Positions 9,596 through 18,264 of a stretch of 64,000 bases of DNA are shown here, one piece after another. The DNA comes from Myxococcota bacterium (GTDB lineage Bacteria; Myxococcota_A; UBA9160; JAFDDA01): NCBI GenBank assembly GCA_965228475.1, contig OZ245817.1, positions 1,376,001 through 1,440,000 on the forward strand, written 5' to 3'. Position 1 is the first letter of the stretch. Each line of letters starts with the position of its first letter. The notes below the pieces were generated by a model. It saw nothing but the letters and a program-made list of their open reading frames with translations, was not told the origin of the DNA and made no database searches. Made by a program: the position numbers and the translations under genes.

Positions 9596-9834
9596 TTCTC
9601 CCGGGTCATGCGGCGCCGGTCGTCCTCGTACTGCGACATCACCCCGTTCAGGTGGTCCCGCACGCGGTCCGTGATCGGACCCGGCGGCGGCGCATCCGCC
9701 GGCCGCGGCGGCTCGAGCGGCTCGAATACCCCGGCCAGGACCCCGCCGAAGGCACCCTGGGTGCCCTTGAACTGGAGCTCGGCGTAGACCCAGATTCCGA
9801 GGATCAGGAAGAGGAAAGTGAGCGGCTTGCCCAT
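9592..9834 (-). CDS. Small membrane-anchored hypothetical protein
   Basis: 80 aa with an N-terminal hydrophobic helix, GGAGG upstream and host-like codon usage. Confidence 0.6.
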   Translation of the reverse strand: MGKPLTFLFLILGIWVYAELQFKGTQGAFGGVLAGVFEPLEPPRPADAPPPGPITDRVRDHLNGVMSQYEDDRRRMTREN

Positions 9835-9966
9835 GGGCGCCTCCAGACCGGCCCCGGTGGCTCCGAAAGAGCCTCATGGCCTTCCTTCGATGGATCGGTT
9901 CGACGCCGCCGGCTCCCAAGGGGAAGTCCCCACGAGGCCCCGGGCGTTGGCTATGATCGGCGCGTG

Positions 9967-10929
9967 ATGAATCGTCCCTTCGCATACTTGGCTGCCCTGC
10001 TTGCGAGTGGGGTGCTGGTCGTCGCGGGCACCGCATCGGCCGGCAACTACTCCATTCCGCCGTCCGAGGCCGAGCGCCGCCTCGGAAGCGAGCCCTTCGA
10101 GATCCTCGAGGCCAAGCGCACCGCTTCGGGTGTCGCCGGCGCCCAGCGCTGGAAGCTGCGCTTCCAGGATGGGAAGGTCATCAAGGCGAAGTGGAAGGCC
10201 GCGCCGCGCTACGTGGCCGACGGCTGGAACAACTCCCCCCGCCGCGAGATGGCCGCCTACGAGATCCAGAAGTGGTTCCTCGACGAAGAGGACTACATCG
10301 TCCCGCCGTCGGAGGTGCGCTGCATCCCCCTGGCGCAGATGCAGGCGATCGATTCGAACGCCCGGCCGACCCTGCTGAACACGAACTGCGTCTACGGTGT
10401 GCTCTCGCTCTGGCTGCAGGACGTCGAGGAGCCCGCCGAGATCTGGCACCCGGACCTCTTCGCCCAGGGCGGCTACTACCGCTACTCGATCGCCGCCGTG
10501 GACGTGCTGACGCTCCTGATCGGCCACCAGGACGGCCGGCCCGCCAACTTCCTCTGGTCGAAGGACGACCGCCGCCAGGTCTTCTCGATCGACAACGGCA
10601 TCTCCTTCCACGCGTTCCCCTACAACTTCCTCGTGCGCAACTGGAACGACCTGCGCGTGCCCGCGCTCTCGCGCCGGGTGATCGAGCGGCTCGACCGCGT
10701 CGGACCCGAGAAGATCAAGGCCCTCGGCATCCTGCGGCACCTCGAGCCGGACGAGAACGGCGTCCTCCAGGTGACGGCGCCCGACGGCAACCACGGCCCG
10801 AGCAAGGGCACCCGGGTCCGTGGCAGCACGCTGCAGTTCGGCCTCAGCAAGAGCGAAGTTCGCGAGGTCGAGGAGCGCCTCGGCCTGATCCTGCGCCTGG
10901 CCGAGAGCGGTCAGATCGACCTCTTCTGA
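9967..10929 (+). CDS. Secreted atypical kinase (PI3K/PI4K/HipA/CotH-like fold)
   Basis: Sec signal MNRPFAYLAALLASGVLVVAGTASA. Motifs AKWK (ATP Lys), REMAAYEI (alphaC Glu), IGHQDGRPANFL (catalytic loop D...N) and IDNGISF (DFG equivalent). Confidence 0.75.
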   Translation: MNRPFAYLAALLASGVLVVAGTASAGNYSIPPSEAERRLGSEPFEILEAKRTASGVAGAQRWKLRFQDGKVIKAKWKAAPRYVADGWNNSPRREMAAYEIQKWFLDEEDYIVPPSEVRCIPLAQMQAIDSNARPTLLNTNCVYGVLSLWLQDVEEPAEIWHPDLFAQGGYYRYSIAAVDVLTLLIGHQDGRPANFLWSKDDRRQVFSIDNGISFHAFPYNFLVRNWNDLRVPALSRRVIERLDRVGPEKIKALGILRHLEPDENGVLQVTAPDGNHGPSKGTRVRGSTLQFGLSKSEVREVEERLGLILRLAESGQIDLF

Positions 10930-10954
10930 GGCCCGCCCGCCCGGCCGGCGCCCC

Positions 10955-12328
10955 ATGAAACGAAGTCGCCTCGAGCGGGCTCTAGGGATCTTCACGGACG
11001 TTCGTCCGGGGGAAGGGCGCACCGCCCTCCTGATGTTCGCGAACGTCTTCCTGATCCTCTGCGCCTACTACTTCATCAAGCCCCTGCGCGACGGCTGGCT
11101 CGCCGGCGAGCAGATCGAAGGGTTCCAGGGGACGATCCGGGCGTACTCCTCCTTCGCCCAGGTCCTGATCCTGATCCCGGCGGTCTCGGCCTACGGCTGG
11201 CTGGCGCGGCGATACCGCGGCGCCGCCCTCATCACGCGCTCGACGATCTTCTGCATCGTCGTCCTGCTGCTCTTCTGGCTGATCTGGCCCGGCTTCCTGT
11301 TCGAGTTCCTGCCGGGCTCGGGCCTCGCCTTCTTCCTCTGGGTCGGCATCTTCAGCGTCTTCGTCGTGGCGCAGTTCTGGACCTTCGCGGCGGACCTCTA
11401 CAACGACGAACGGGGCCGGCGGCTGATGCCCCTCATCATGATCGGCGCGAACGCCGGCGGCGCCTTCGGGGCCGGGCTGCTCGGCCAGCTCGTCTCTGTC
11501 GAGGGCTTCCCGCAGCACGCGCTCCTGCTCGTCGCGATTCTCCCGCTTTCGGCGTCGATCTGGCTCTCGCGGCTGGCGGAGCGCCGCGGGGCGCTCGGAA
11601 CGGGCCTCGACCGGCCCGCGGCCACCCCGGCGGAGCGGGCCCAGAAGAAGCGCGGCTCCCTCGGGACGGTCTTCTCGGACCGCTTCCTGCTCGCCGTCGG
11701 CATGCTCACGATGCTCATGTTCTGGGTCATCTCGAACGGCGAAAACCTGCTCTGGCGCGTGATCCAGGAGGTCCTGGGCAACGAGGCCGCCCAGGCCGTG
11801 GCGAGCGAGGCCGGGCAGCGCGAATACATCCAGAAGGGAACCAGTCAGTTCTACAGCGGGTTCTATACGCAGGTGAACCTGGCGACGCTGCTCCTGCAGG
11901 GCTTCGTCGCGTCGCGGCTTCTGAAGTACGGAGGCTTCGCGACCATCCTGATGGCGCTGCCGGTGGTTTCCCTTCTCTCCTATGCGACCATGGCGCTCGT
12001 TCCCGCTCTCGCCATCGTGAAGCTGATGAAGATCGCCGAGAACTCGACCAACTACTCGCTGAACAACACCGCACGCCACGTCCTGTGGCTGCCGGCGACC
12101 GCCGAGATGCTCTACAAGGGCAAGCCGACGATCGACACGCTCTTCGTGCGCGCGGGGGACGGGCTCGCGGCCCTGACCATCTTCATCGGCATCCAGCAGC
12201 TCGCGCTGCCGACGACGACCCTGTTCTGGATGAACGCCGGGCTGGTCTTCGTCTGGCTCGGCGTGGCGTGGGGCGTGATCCGTCTGCATCGGCGCCTGGC
12301 GCGGGGAGCGCAAGCCGATGAAGCTTGA
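10955..12328 (+). CDS. NTT/TLC-family nucleotide (ATP/ADP) translocase
   Basis: VRPGE...AYYFIKPLRD, FWTFAADLY, YKGKPTIDTLFVRAGD; about 12 TM helices. Confidence 0.85.
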   Translation: MKRSRLERALGIFTDVRPGEGRTALLMFANVFLILCAYYFIKPLRDGWLAGEQIEGFQGTIRAYSSFAQVLILIPAVSAYGWLARRYRGAALITRSTIFCIVVLLLFWLIWPGFLFEFLPGSGLAFFLWVGIFSVFVVAQFWTFAADLYNDERGRRLMPLIMIGANAGGAFGAGLLGQLVSVEGFPQHALLLVAILPLSASIWLSRLAERRGALGTGLDRPAATPAERAQKKRGSLGTVFSDRFLLAVGMLTMLMFWVISNGENLLWRVIQEVLGNEAAQAVASEAGQREYIQKGTSQFYSGFYTQVNLATLLLQGFVASRLLKYGGFATILMALPVVSLLSYATMALVPALAIVKLMKIAENSTNYSLNNTARHVLWLPATAEMLYKGKPTIDTLFVRAGDGLAALTIFIGIQQLALPTTTLFWMNAGLVFVWLGVAWGVIRLHRRLARGAQADEA

Positions 12329-13322
12329 CCGGCGCTCGTTCCTCGCGGGCATCGCCGCGGGCCTCGTCGCTCCTCGGGTCTTCGCAGACGATCCGGGTGG
12401 CCCGGAGTCGATCCCGATCCCCGGGCAGAAGGACGTCGAGGTCTTCTCGGACCCCGTCGTCGAGATGATGCGCCGGCTCGACGAGATCGCGCCCTTCGAG
12501 GACATGGCGCCCCTGTGGAGCTACAAGAGCGAACCCCTCCAGGGCGAGCTCGACAAGCTCCTCGAGCGGCTGGCGCTCGCAAAGCACGTCCGCTCGAAGA
12601 AGCTCGCCGTGGCCTTCGTCGACGTCACGGAGCTCAAAGCACCGCGGGTCGCCGAGGTGAACGGTGACCGCATGATGTACGCGGCGAGCCTGCCGAAGAT
12701 CGCGGTCCTGCTCGGAGCCTTCGAGAAGATCGCCGAAGGCCGCATGAAGCTCACCCGCGAGGTGCGCAGCAGCCTCACGCGCATGATCCGCGAATCGTCG
12801 AACGTCGCCGCGACCGAGATGATGCAGCGGGTGGGCAAGCAGTACATCGCCCGCGTGCTCTTGAACCCCCGCTACCGGCTCTACGACCCGAAGCACAACG
12901 GCGGCCTGTGGGTCGGGAAGGACTACGCGAAGTCCGGCCTCTGGCGCCGCGATCCGCTCCACAACTTCTCCCACGGCGCGACACCGATGCAGGTCGCTCG
13001 TTTCTACTACCTGCTCCAGACCGGAAACCTGGTGACGCCCGAGTACAGCCTGGAGATGAAGAAGATCCTCGGTCACTCGGCGATCAACCACAAATTCATC
13101 AAGGGCCTCCAGCTCGTGAACCCGCGCGCGATGACCTTCCGCAAGTCCGGGAGCTGGCGCGACTACCACTCGGACAGCGTGCTCGTCGAAGGGGGAGGGC
13201 GCGCGTACATCGCGGTCGCCCTGGCGAACCACCGCGAGGGCGGAAACTGGCTGCGGCAGCTGATCATCGGGTTCGACGAAATCATCTACCGCGGGTCGAA
13301 CCGGTGGAGGCGATTCTTGTAG
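12318..13322 (+). CDS. Tat-exported class A beta-lactamase-like SxxK serine hydrolase
   Basis: Tat signal MKLDRRSFL; AASLPK (SxxK), SSN (SxN), KSG. Start overlaps the NTT 3' end by 11 nt. Confidence 0.85.
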   Translation: MKLDRRSFLAGIAAGLVAPRVFADDPGGPESIPIPGQKDVEVFSDPVVEMMRRLDEIAPFEDMAPLWSYKSEPLQGELDKLLERLALAKHVRSKKLAVAFVDVTELKAPRVAEVNGDRMMYAASLPKIAVLLGAFEKIAEGRMKLTREVRSSLTRMIRESSNVAATEMMQRVGKQYIARVLLNPRYRLYDPKHNGGLWVGKDYAKSGLWRRDPLHNFSHGATPMQVARFYYLLQTGNLVTPEYSLEMKKILGHSAINHKFIKGLQLVNPRAMTFRKSGSWRDYHSDSVLVEGGGRAYIAVALANHREGGNWLRQLIIGFDEIIYRGSNRWRRFL

Positions 13323-13326
13323 CGCC

Positions 13327-13452
13327 GGGCGGCTGGAGGGCGGGAGGGGCTCCGGCTCATGGCTCGCCCTGGCTACCTGCCGAGTCGCCTAGACCATCCG
13401 AGTGCGGGCTGCGCTTTACTTCCCCGGAGCCCCTCCCGCCCTCCAGCCGCCC
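13327..13452 (+). repeat. Structured dispersed element, copy 1
   Basis: Perfect 29-bp inverted repeat (13327-13355 / 13424-13452) enclosing TCATGGCTCGCCC-N36-GGGCTGCGCTTTACTTC. Confidence 0.9.
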
Positions 13453-13495
13453 TCCTCGGCAAGGCGTCACGGCCGGAACGAACCCGCTCACGCAA

Positions 13496-13530
13496 AACAG
13501 GGATCGAGCGCAAAGCGCTCGATCCCTGTT
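13496..13530. terminator. Probable bidirectional intrinsic terminator between convergent operons
   Basis: Perfect 16-bp stem aacagggatcgagcgc-aaa-gcgctcgatccctgtt, with A-rich left and T-rich right ends. Confidence 0.7.
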
Positions 13531-13571
13531 GTTTCACTCGCATGGCGGTGGTCCGCCGCGCCGCCTCGCAC

Positions 13572-13691
13572 CGCGGGTCGGGTCAGGGGGGCTTCAGCGA
13601 AGTAAAGCGCAGCCCGCACTCGGATGCGCCGGACGTCTCGGATGTTCGCCAGGGCGAGCCATGAGCGGAAGCCCCCCTGGCCCGACCCGCG
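13572..13691 (-). repeat. Structured dispersed element, copy 2
   Basis: 24-bp inverted repeat with 1 mismatch (13572-13595 / 13668-13691) enclosing the same core on the minus strand; 36-nt loop at 13616-13651. Confidence 0.9.
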
Positions 13692-13711
13692 CGCGCCGCC
13701 CCGACCTCGGA

Positions 13712-15091
13712 CTACTGCCCGAGCATCTCCTTCGCCTTCTTCCGCAGCTCCGGATCCGCCGCCATCGTCTTCAGTTTGGAGGCCATCTCCTGATCGTGGC
13801 GGTTCTGGATGAGGCGGTGGATGCGGGTGCCGAGGGTCTGGTGCTCGACGGCGGAGTTCTTGCGCAGGACGTTCGAGAGCACGACCGAGATGTAGTGGAG
13901 CGGCTGCTTCGAGTCCGTGGTCTCCACCACGGTCAGCGAGTTCATGAAGTTCTTGCGATTCCCCATGTACTTGCCGCACTCGAACCCCGGCTCCGGCTTG
14001 CAGCTGTAGAGCGAGCCGGACTTGAAGTAGAGGGCCGCGTCGGTGAGCGCGGGCGACGACGCGTAGCGGATGCGCCGGTCGGTCAGGTAGAGCAGGCGCT
14101 TGAGTTCGAGGCTCGACCACTCGTCGACGAGCTTGCCCTGCTCCATCAGCAGCGCGAAGCGGAGGAGCTCGCGCGGGGTGGCGATGCTGTTCGTGCCGGA
14201 GACCTTGTTCTTCCCGGTGCGGGTGAAGAAGCTGCCCTGGCGGAGCTTGCCCGTGTCGATGCCGTTGGCCTTGAGCGGGCCGCGGATCGCATCGAGGAAG
14301 ATCGTGCGCTTGCGCTTGGCCGGGGTCTCGCGGAAGAAGCGCGCGGCCTCCTCCGCCGTCGGCGGGTAGGCGTCTCCGTACTCCTTGAAGAGCATGACGT
14401 GCGCCATCAGCATGGCGGCGGCGGCGTTCGAGCTGCTCGAGCACATCCAGTCGAGATAGGTCCAGATGTTCGCGGTGTCGCCCTGGCGGATCGGGCGCTT
14501 CTCGAGCCGCTCCGCGCCCGGCTGCCAGAACGGAACGACGTGCTCGTCCTTGATGATGAACTCGTCGGCCGTGATCTGGACGTCGCGCAGGACTCGCTTG
14601 CGCGCCTCGATGTCGTCGGGGAAGCGGTCGGCCAGCGCCTGCATCCACGCCAGAGCGACGATGACCTTCCCGACCGAGCCCGGGTTCTGGATCTTGTCGC
14701 CGCCGACCTCGGCGTAGCTCGGGTTCGCGGGGTCCGTGATGTCGAGGACGGCGATGCCGTAGCGCGAGGCGTCGGCGTCGAGCAGCGCCTTCAGCTGCTT
14801 GGTGAATTCCGGGTCCGCGGCCGGAAGGGTGAAGTCCGGCCGGCTCGAGAGCTTCAGCCGGACGTCCTTGGTCGGCAGCAGCGCGCCGTCGAAGATGGCC
14901 CGGTTCTTCAGCAGGTGGTCCTGCGCCAACCGGTAGGCCTCGAGGCGGGTGATCCCGGTCTCGCGGTAGCCGTCGAGCGGATAGCCCGCGGCCGTACCCG
15001 CGATGGCAAGGGCGGCCACGCCGGCGAGTGCGCGGCGGCACCGGCCAGGGGCGAGGAAGGGCGAAGAGGAGAAGATCGAACGAGTCCGCAT
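13712..15091 (-). CDS. Secreted class A beta-lactamase-like SxxK serine hydrolase
   Basis: Signal-like RRALAGVAALAIAGTAAG; GSVGK (SxxK), SSN, FKSGS; CKPEPGFEC possible disulfide. Confidence 0.8.
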   Translation of the reverse strand: MRTRSIFSSSPFLAPGRCRRALAGVAALAIAGTAAGYPLDGYRETGITRLEAYRLAQDHLLKNRAIFDGALLPTKDVRLKLSSRPDFTLPAADPEFTKQLKALLDADASRYGIAVLDITDPANPSYAEVGGDKIQNPGSVGKVIVALAWMQALADRFPDDIEARKRVLRDVQITADEFIIKDEHVVPFWQPGAERLEKRPIRQGDTANIWTYLDWMCSSSSNAAAAMLMAHVMLFKEYGDAYPPTAEEAARFFRETPAKRKRTIFLDAIRGPLKANGIDTGKLRQGSFFTRTGKNKVSGTNSIATPRELLRFALLMEQGKLVDEWSSLELKRLLYLTDRRIRYASSPALTDAALYFKSGSLYSCKPEPGFECGKYMGNRKNFMNSLTVVETTDSKQPLHYISVVLSNVLRKNSAVEHQTLGTRIHRLIQNRHDQEMASKLKTMAADPELRKKAKEMLGQ

Positions 15092-15184
15092 GGGGCCTCC
15101 GCAGTGGGTCGGATGCTTTCGACGCAGGGGGAACGTACCAATTCAGCGGCGGGCGTCTTCGGCCGGGTTCCCAGGCTTCGAAGC

Positions 15185-18148
15185 TCAGTCCGCGGGGGCG
15201 CGGTCGAGCCGGATCTTGCGATTGCCCTTGCGGGCCAGCTCGGCGTCCAGGCCCGCCAGATAGCGGCTGCTCTTGGCGCCCTTGCTCTCCACGAAGGGCC
15301 GGATCTGGAGCAGGGTCAGGCGCCCGTCCTTGAAGGCGAACTCGACGTCGGCGGCCATGGGCTGGCCGTTCTCGTCCCGGAGCGAGGGAAAGCGCTTGGG
15401 GACGTCGCGCGCGAACCGGACGAGCTGGTCGATCTCGCCCTTCCGCAGCACGGCGGGCGTGCCGCTCGCGCGGACCCGGGTGACGCCGCCTTTCGGGTCG
15501 AGCACGGCCCGCCGCGGCGCCGTCGCCTGGGCGAGGAACTCGACCCGGCCGCTGCGGGTCTCGATGCGAAGCGACTCCGCCGCCTGCCCGTCGACGGCGC
15601 CGCCGACGCCCTCGTTCACGGCGACGGTGATGTAGTCCTGGCTGCCGCTGTCGACGTCGGCCGTGACCATCACGCCGGACTTCTCGGACGGAAAGCCGAG
15701 CTGGACGACGACGGCCGGGAAGACGTACTCGGGCTCTTCCATCTTGTCCTGCCGCCAGCCGTAGGCGCGCTCGGTGAAGGGCGAGGCCCAGACGAGGCCG
15801 ATCGATTCGAGGATGTTCTCGTAGCCGACCACGTTGGGGACCGTGAGGTTCAGGCCGGCCCCCGTGAAGCCCGGCAGATCCTCGACGTTCGTGTCGCTGC
15901 GGACGAACACGCCGTAGCTCCCGTCGCGTCCGAAGTGTTCTTCGAGCGTCTTGCGCAGCCCGTTGCGGAACTCGGGGCCGGGGTCGACGTCGTGGAGCCA
16001 GCCGCGCAGCCGCTTCAGGAACCTGCGCACCCGCTTGGCCTGGGCGGCCGGCTGGGCCTCGAGCTTGGCGATGGCCGCGTACTCGCCCTTCATCCAGTCG
16101 AAGACCGAGGGCCCGCCGGCCTCGAGGGGCTGGTCGAGGACCTTGCGGAAGGCGCCGAAGGGGATCACGAAGCCGTTCGGGACCTGATTCCCGAAGTGGT
16201 GCTTGAGCTCGCCGAGGTTCGCGCCCTTCGGGCCGGAGACGCGGCCCGAGTCCGCCGCGCGCAGGGCCGAGAGGGAGACGAAACCCGTCTGGGTGAGGTC
16301 GAGCTTCTCGAGGTCCGGGCGGATCACGAGGCCCGCGGAGGGCCCTTCCTTGCCGAAGATCTCGTTCCAGCGCGCCCCGTCGTCGGAGAAGTGGACCACG
16401 CCGCTCGGGCTCACGGCGAGCACGACCCGCTTGCCCATGCGCGTCCGCACTTCCTTCAGGTGCTCGTTGCCAATCACCACGTTCGGAATTCCGAGGTTGC
16501 GGGCCAGCAGCTGGACGTGCGAGAGCGAGCTGCCCTCGCCGCGGGTCAGGATGCCCGCGACGGGCGGAAGGTCCGAGATGGTCTCCGGCAGGAGGAAGAC
16601 GCCCTGGCGATCGAAGCCGCTCGCGCCGGCGTTCTCGGAGGGCTCGTAGAGGCGTCCGCGGACGAGCCCCGGGTTCAGCGCCCGGAGCCCCGCGCCGACG
16701 CGTTGACCGAAGAGTTCGTGCTCGATGCCCGCTTCGCGGTTGGCGTCCTTTACGAGGCTGTCGACGACGGCGCCGTAGAAGAGGAGCGGGCTGCCGCGCA
16801 GGCGGTCCTGGGCAAACAGATGGGTCTTCGGCTCGATGGCGGCGAAGCGCGCGGTCGCTTCGGAGAAGTGGAACTCGATCCAGCGCGAGCCCCACTCGGG
16901 CATGCGCGCGAGGAAGCGGAGTTCCTCGCGGTAGCGGTCGACGGTGGTGTCGTTGCTCTTGGTCAGCCGCTTGAGGCTCGCGACGACGCCCTCGCGGTGG
17001 CGCTCGGTGATGAAGCCCGCGCCGTAGAGCGCCGAGGTCCCCTCGCCGAGCCACGCGAGGCGTTCCTTGCGCGGAACGCCCGAGAGCCGCGCGATCAGGT
17101 CGTTGCCGACGGCGTAGGCCTCGCGCTCGAGCTCGAGGCTCGTGAGCAGGAGGGCCAGGGCCGCTTCGGGATCCTTCTCGTCGGGGAAGTGGCGGCGGAG
17201 CTGGGCCAGGGCCCGGCTCGCGATGCGCAGACGCTGGACGTCCTCGGCGCCGGGCGCCAGGAGCGCCGCGCCGTGGCGCAGGTTCTTCGCGAACTTCGCG
17301 TCCGAGGTGGCGGTGGCGAGGCGCTCGAGGGCGGCACTCGCCCGCGGCGCGTAGAGGGCGTCGATGTCGTCGGCGAGCTTCTGGTAGTCGGCGCGGGCCG
17401 CGGCCTTGCCCTTGGCCCGCGCATGGGCGCGCACGCGCTCCGCGTCGCCGGCATCGGGGAAGCCGTGGATCTTGGCGCGCAGGTTCTTGAAGCCCGGGTC
17501 CTTGTCCGCCACGACGACGGCCAGCTGCCGGACCGCCTGGGCCGAGACCGCGTCGCCGAGCAGGGGCAGGGCGCGGGCGGTCTCGCGGATCAGCAGGAAG
17601 CGGGCCGGATCGCGCCAGGCCGGGTCGGCCAGCATGGCGAGCAGGACTTCGCGGGCCGTCGCCTCTTCGTCCTCGGCCTGGAGCGCGCCGCGGTAGTTGC
17701 GCGCGCCGCGGAAGATCCAGCCCGTATCCGCAGCCCGCAGGAACTTCTCGACGATGACCTGGGAGAGCTGGTCGACGTCCGGATCCGAGCCGACGAAATC
17801 CTCGGGTTCGAGTTCGGCGACGACCGTTCCGACGTAGTAGCCGTCGGCCCGCATCGCCTTCACGCGGTCGTTCCACTCGCCGTGCTGGATGCCGCCGCCC
17901 CGCTCGCCGCCGCAGGGATACGGTCTGGGCGGGTGGATCGTGCCATCGGCGCAGAACCAGCGAATGCGCTTGAAGGGCCCCTTCGGGGAGCGCTTCATCT
18001 CCTTCACCCAGCCCGCGTAGCGCTCGGCGTTCTTGAAGCCCTTGCGCTTGGCGGCGGCCTCGGCGGAAGGGGCGGGGAAGAGCAGGGCCGGAGCCAGCAG
18101 GAGAGCCAGCACCAGCTTCGGGACCGACCGGCGGACGGGGCGCGACAT
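15185..18148 (-). CDS. Secreted PEP-utiliser/PPDK-family dikinase (phospho-His domain followed by C-terminal ATP-grasp)
   Basis: ATG at 18148 gives signal peptide MSRPVRRSVPKLVLALLLAPALLFPAPSAEA. AGILTRGEGSSLSHVQLLARNLGIP is the phospho-His domain. GPKGANLGEL, VPNGFVIP, VRSDTNVED, GAGL and DVEFA...LLQIRP mark the nucleotide-binding domain. Confidence 0.85.
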   Translation of the reverse strand: MSRPVRRSVPKLVLALLLAPALLFPAPSAEAAAKRKGFKNAERYAGWVKEMKRSPKGPFKRIRWFCADGTIHPPRPYPCGGERGGGIQHGEWNDRVKAMRADGYYVGTVVAELEPEDFVGSDPDVDQLSQVIVEKFLRAADTGWIFRGARNYRGALQAEDEEATAREVLLAMLADPAWRDPARFLLIRETARALPLLGDAVSAQAVRQLAVVVADKDPGFKNLRAKIHGFPDAGDAERVRAHARAKGKAAARADYQKLADDIDALYAPRASAALERLATATSDAKFAKNLRHGAALLAPGAEDVQRLRIASRALAQLRRHFPDEKDPEAALALLLTSLELEREAYAVGNDLIARLSGVPRKERLAWLGEGTSALYGAGFITERHREGVVASLKRLTKSNDTTVDRYREELRFLARMPEWGSRWIEFHFSEATARFAAIEPKTHLFAQDRLRGSPLLFYGAVVDSLVKDANREAGIEHELFGQRVGAGLRALNPGLVRGRLYEPSENAGASGFDRQGVFLLPETISDLPPVAGILTRGEGSSLSHVQLLARNLGIPNVVIGNEHLKEVRTRMGKRVVLAVSPSGVVHFSDDGARWNEIFGKEGPSAGLVIRPDLEKLDLTQTGFVSLSALRAADSGRVSGPKGANLGELKHHFGNQVPNGFVIPFGAFRKVLDQPLEAGGPSVFDWMKGEYAAIAKLEAQPAAQAKRVRRFLKRLRGWLHDVDPGPEFRNGLRKTLEEHFGRDGSYGVFVRSDTNVEDLPGFTGAGLNLTVPNVVGYENILESIGLVWASPFTERAYGWRQDKMEEPEYVFPAVVVQLGFPSEKSGVMVTADVDSGSQDYITVAVNEGVGGAVDGQAAESLRIETRSGRVEFLAQATAPRRAVLDPKGGVTRVRASGTPAVLRKGEIDQLVRFARDVPKRFPSLRDENGQPMAADVEFAFKDGRLTLLQIRPFVESKGAKSSRYLAGLDAELARKGNRKIRLDRAPAD

Positions 18149-18264
18149 CAGGCGCAGCTTACCCGATAACCCGCCGTTTCGGGTGGCTTTCCCCTGGGCG
18201 CTCGGGCCCGCAGGGCGGGCGGGCTGCGGCACAGGGTAAGGGGTGGGACGCCCTGCGGGGTGAT

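Noticed and set aside
13327..13691. Structured elements as integron attC sites, tRNAs or IS ends
   Set aside because: No RYYYAAC/GTTRRRY boxes, no cloverleaf, no conserved terminal repeats or evident target duplications, and no integrase or transposase in the window.
12318..15091. Calling the SxxK proteins antibiotic-resistance beta-lactamases
   Set aside because: Only fold-level motifs are visible. I could not identify the class A omega-loop ExxLN motif, so the substrate is unknown.
12908..18169. 1753-aa plus-strand ORF
   Set aside because: Antisense shadow of the hydrolase and dikinase genes in high-GC DNA, with no recognisable motifs.
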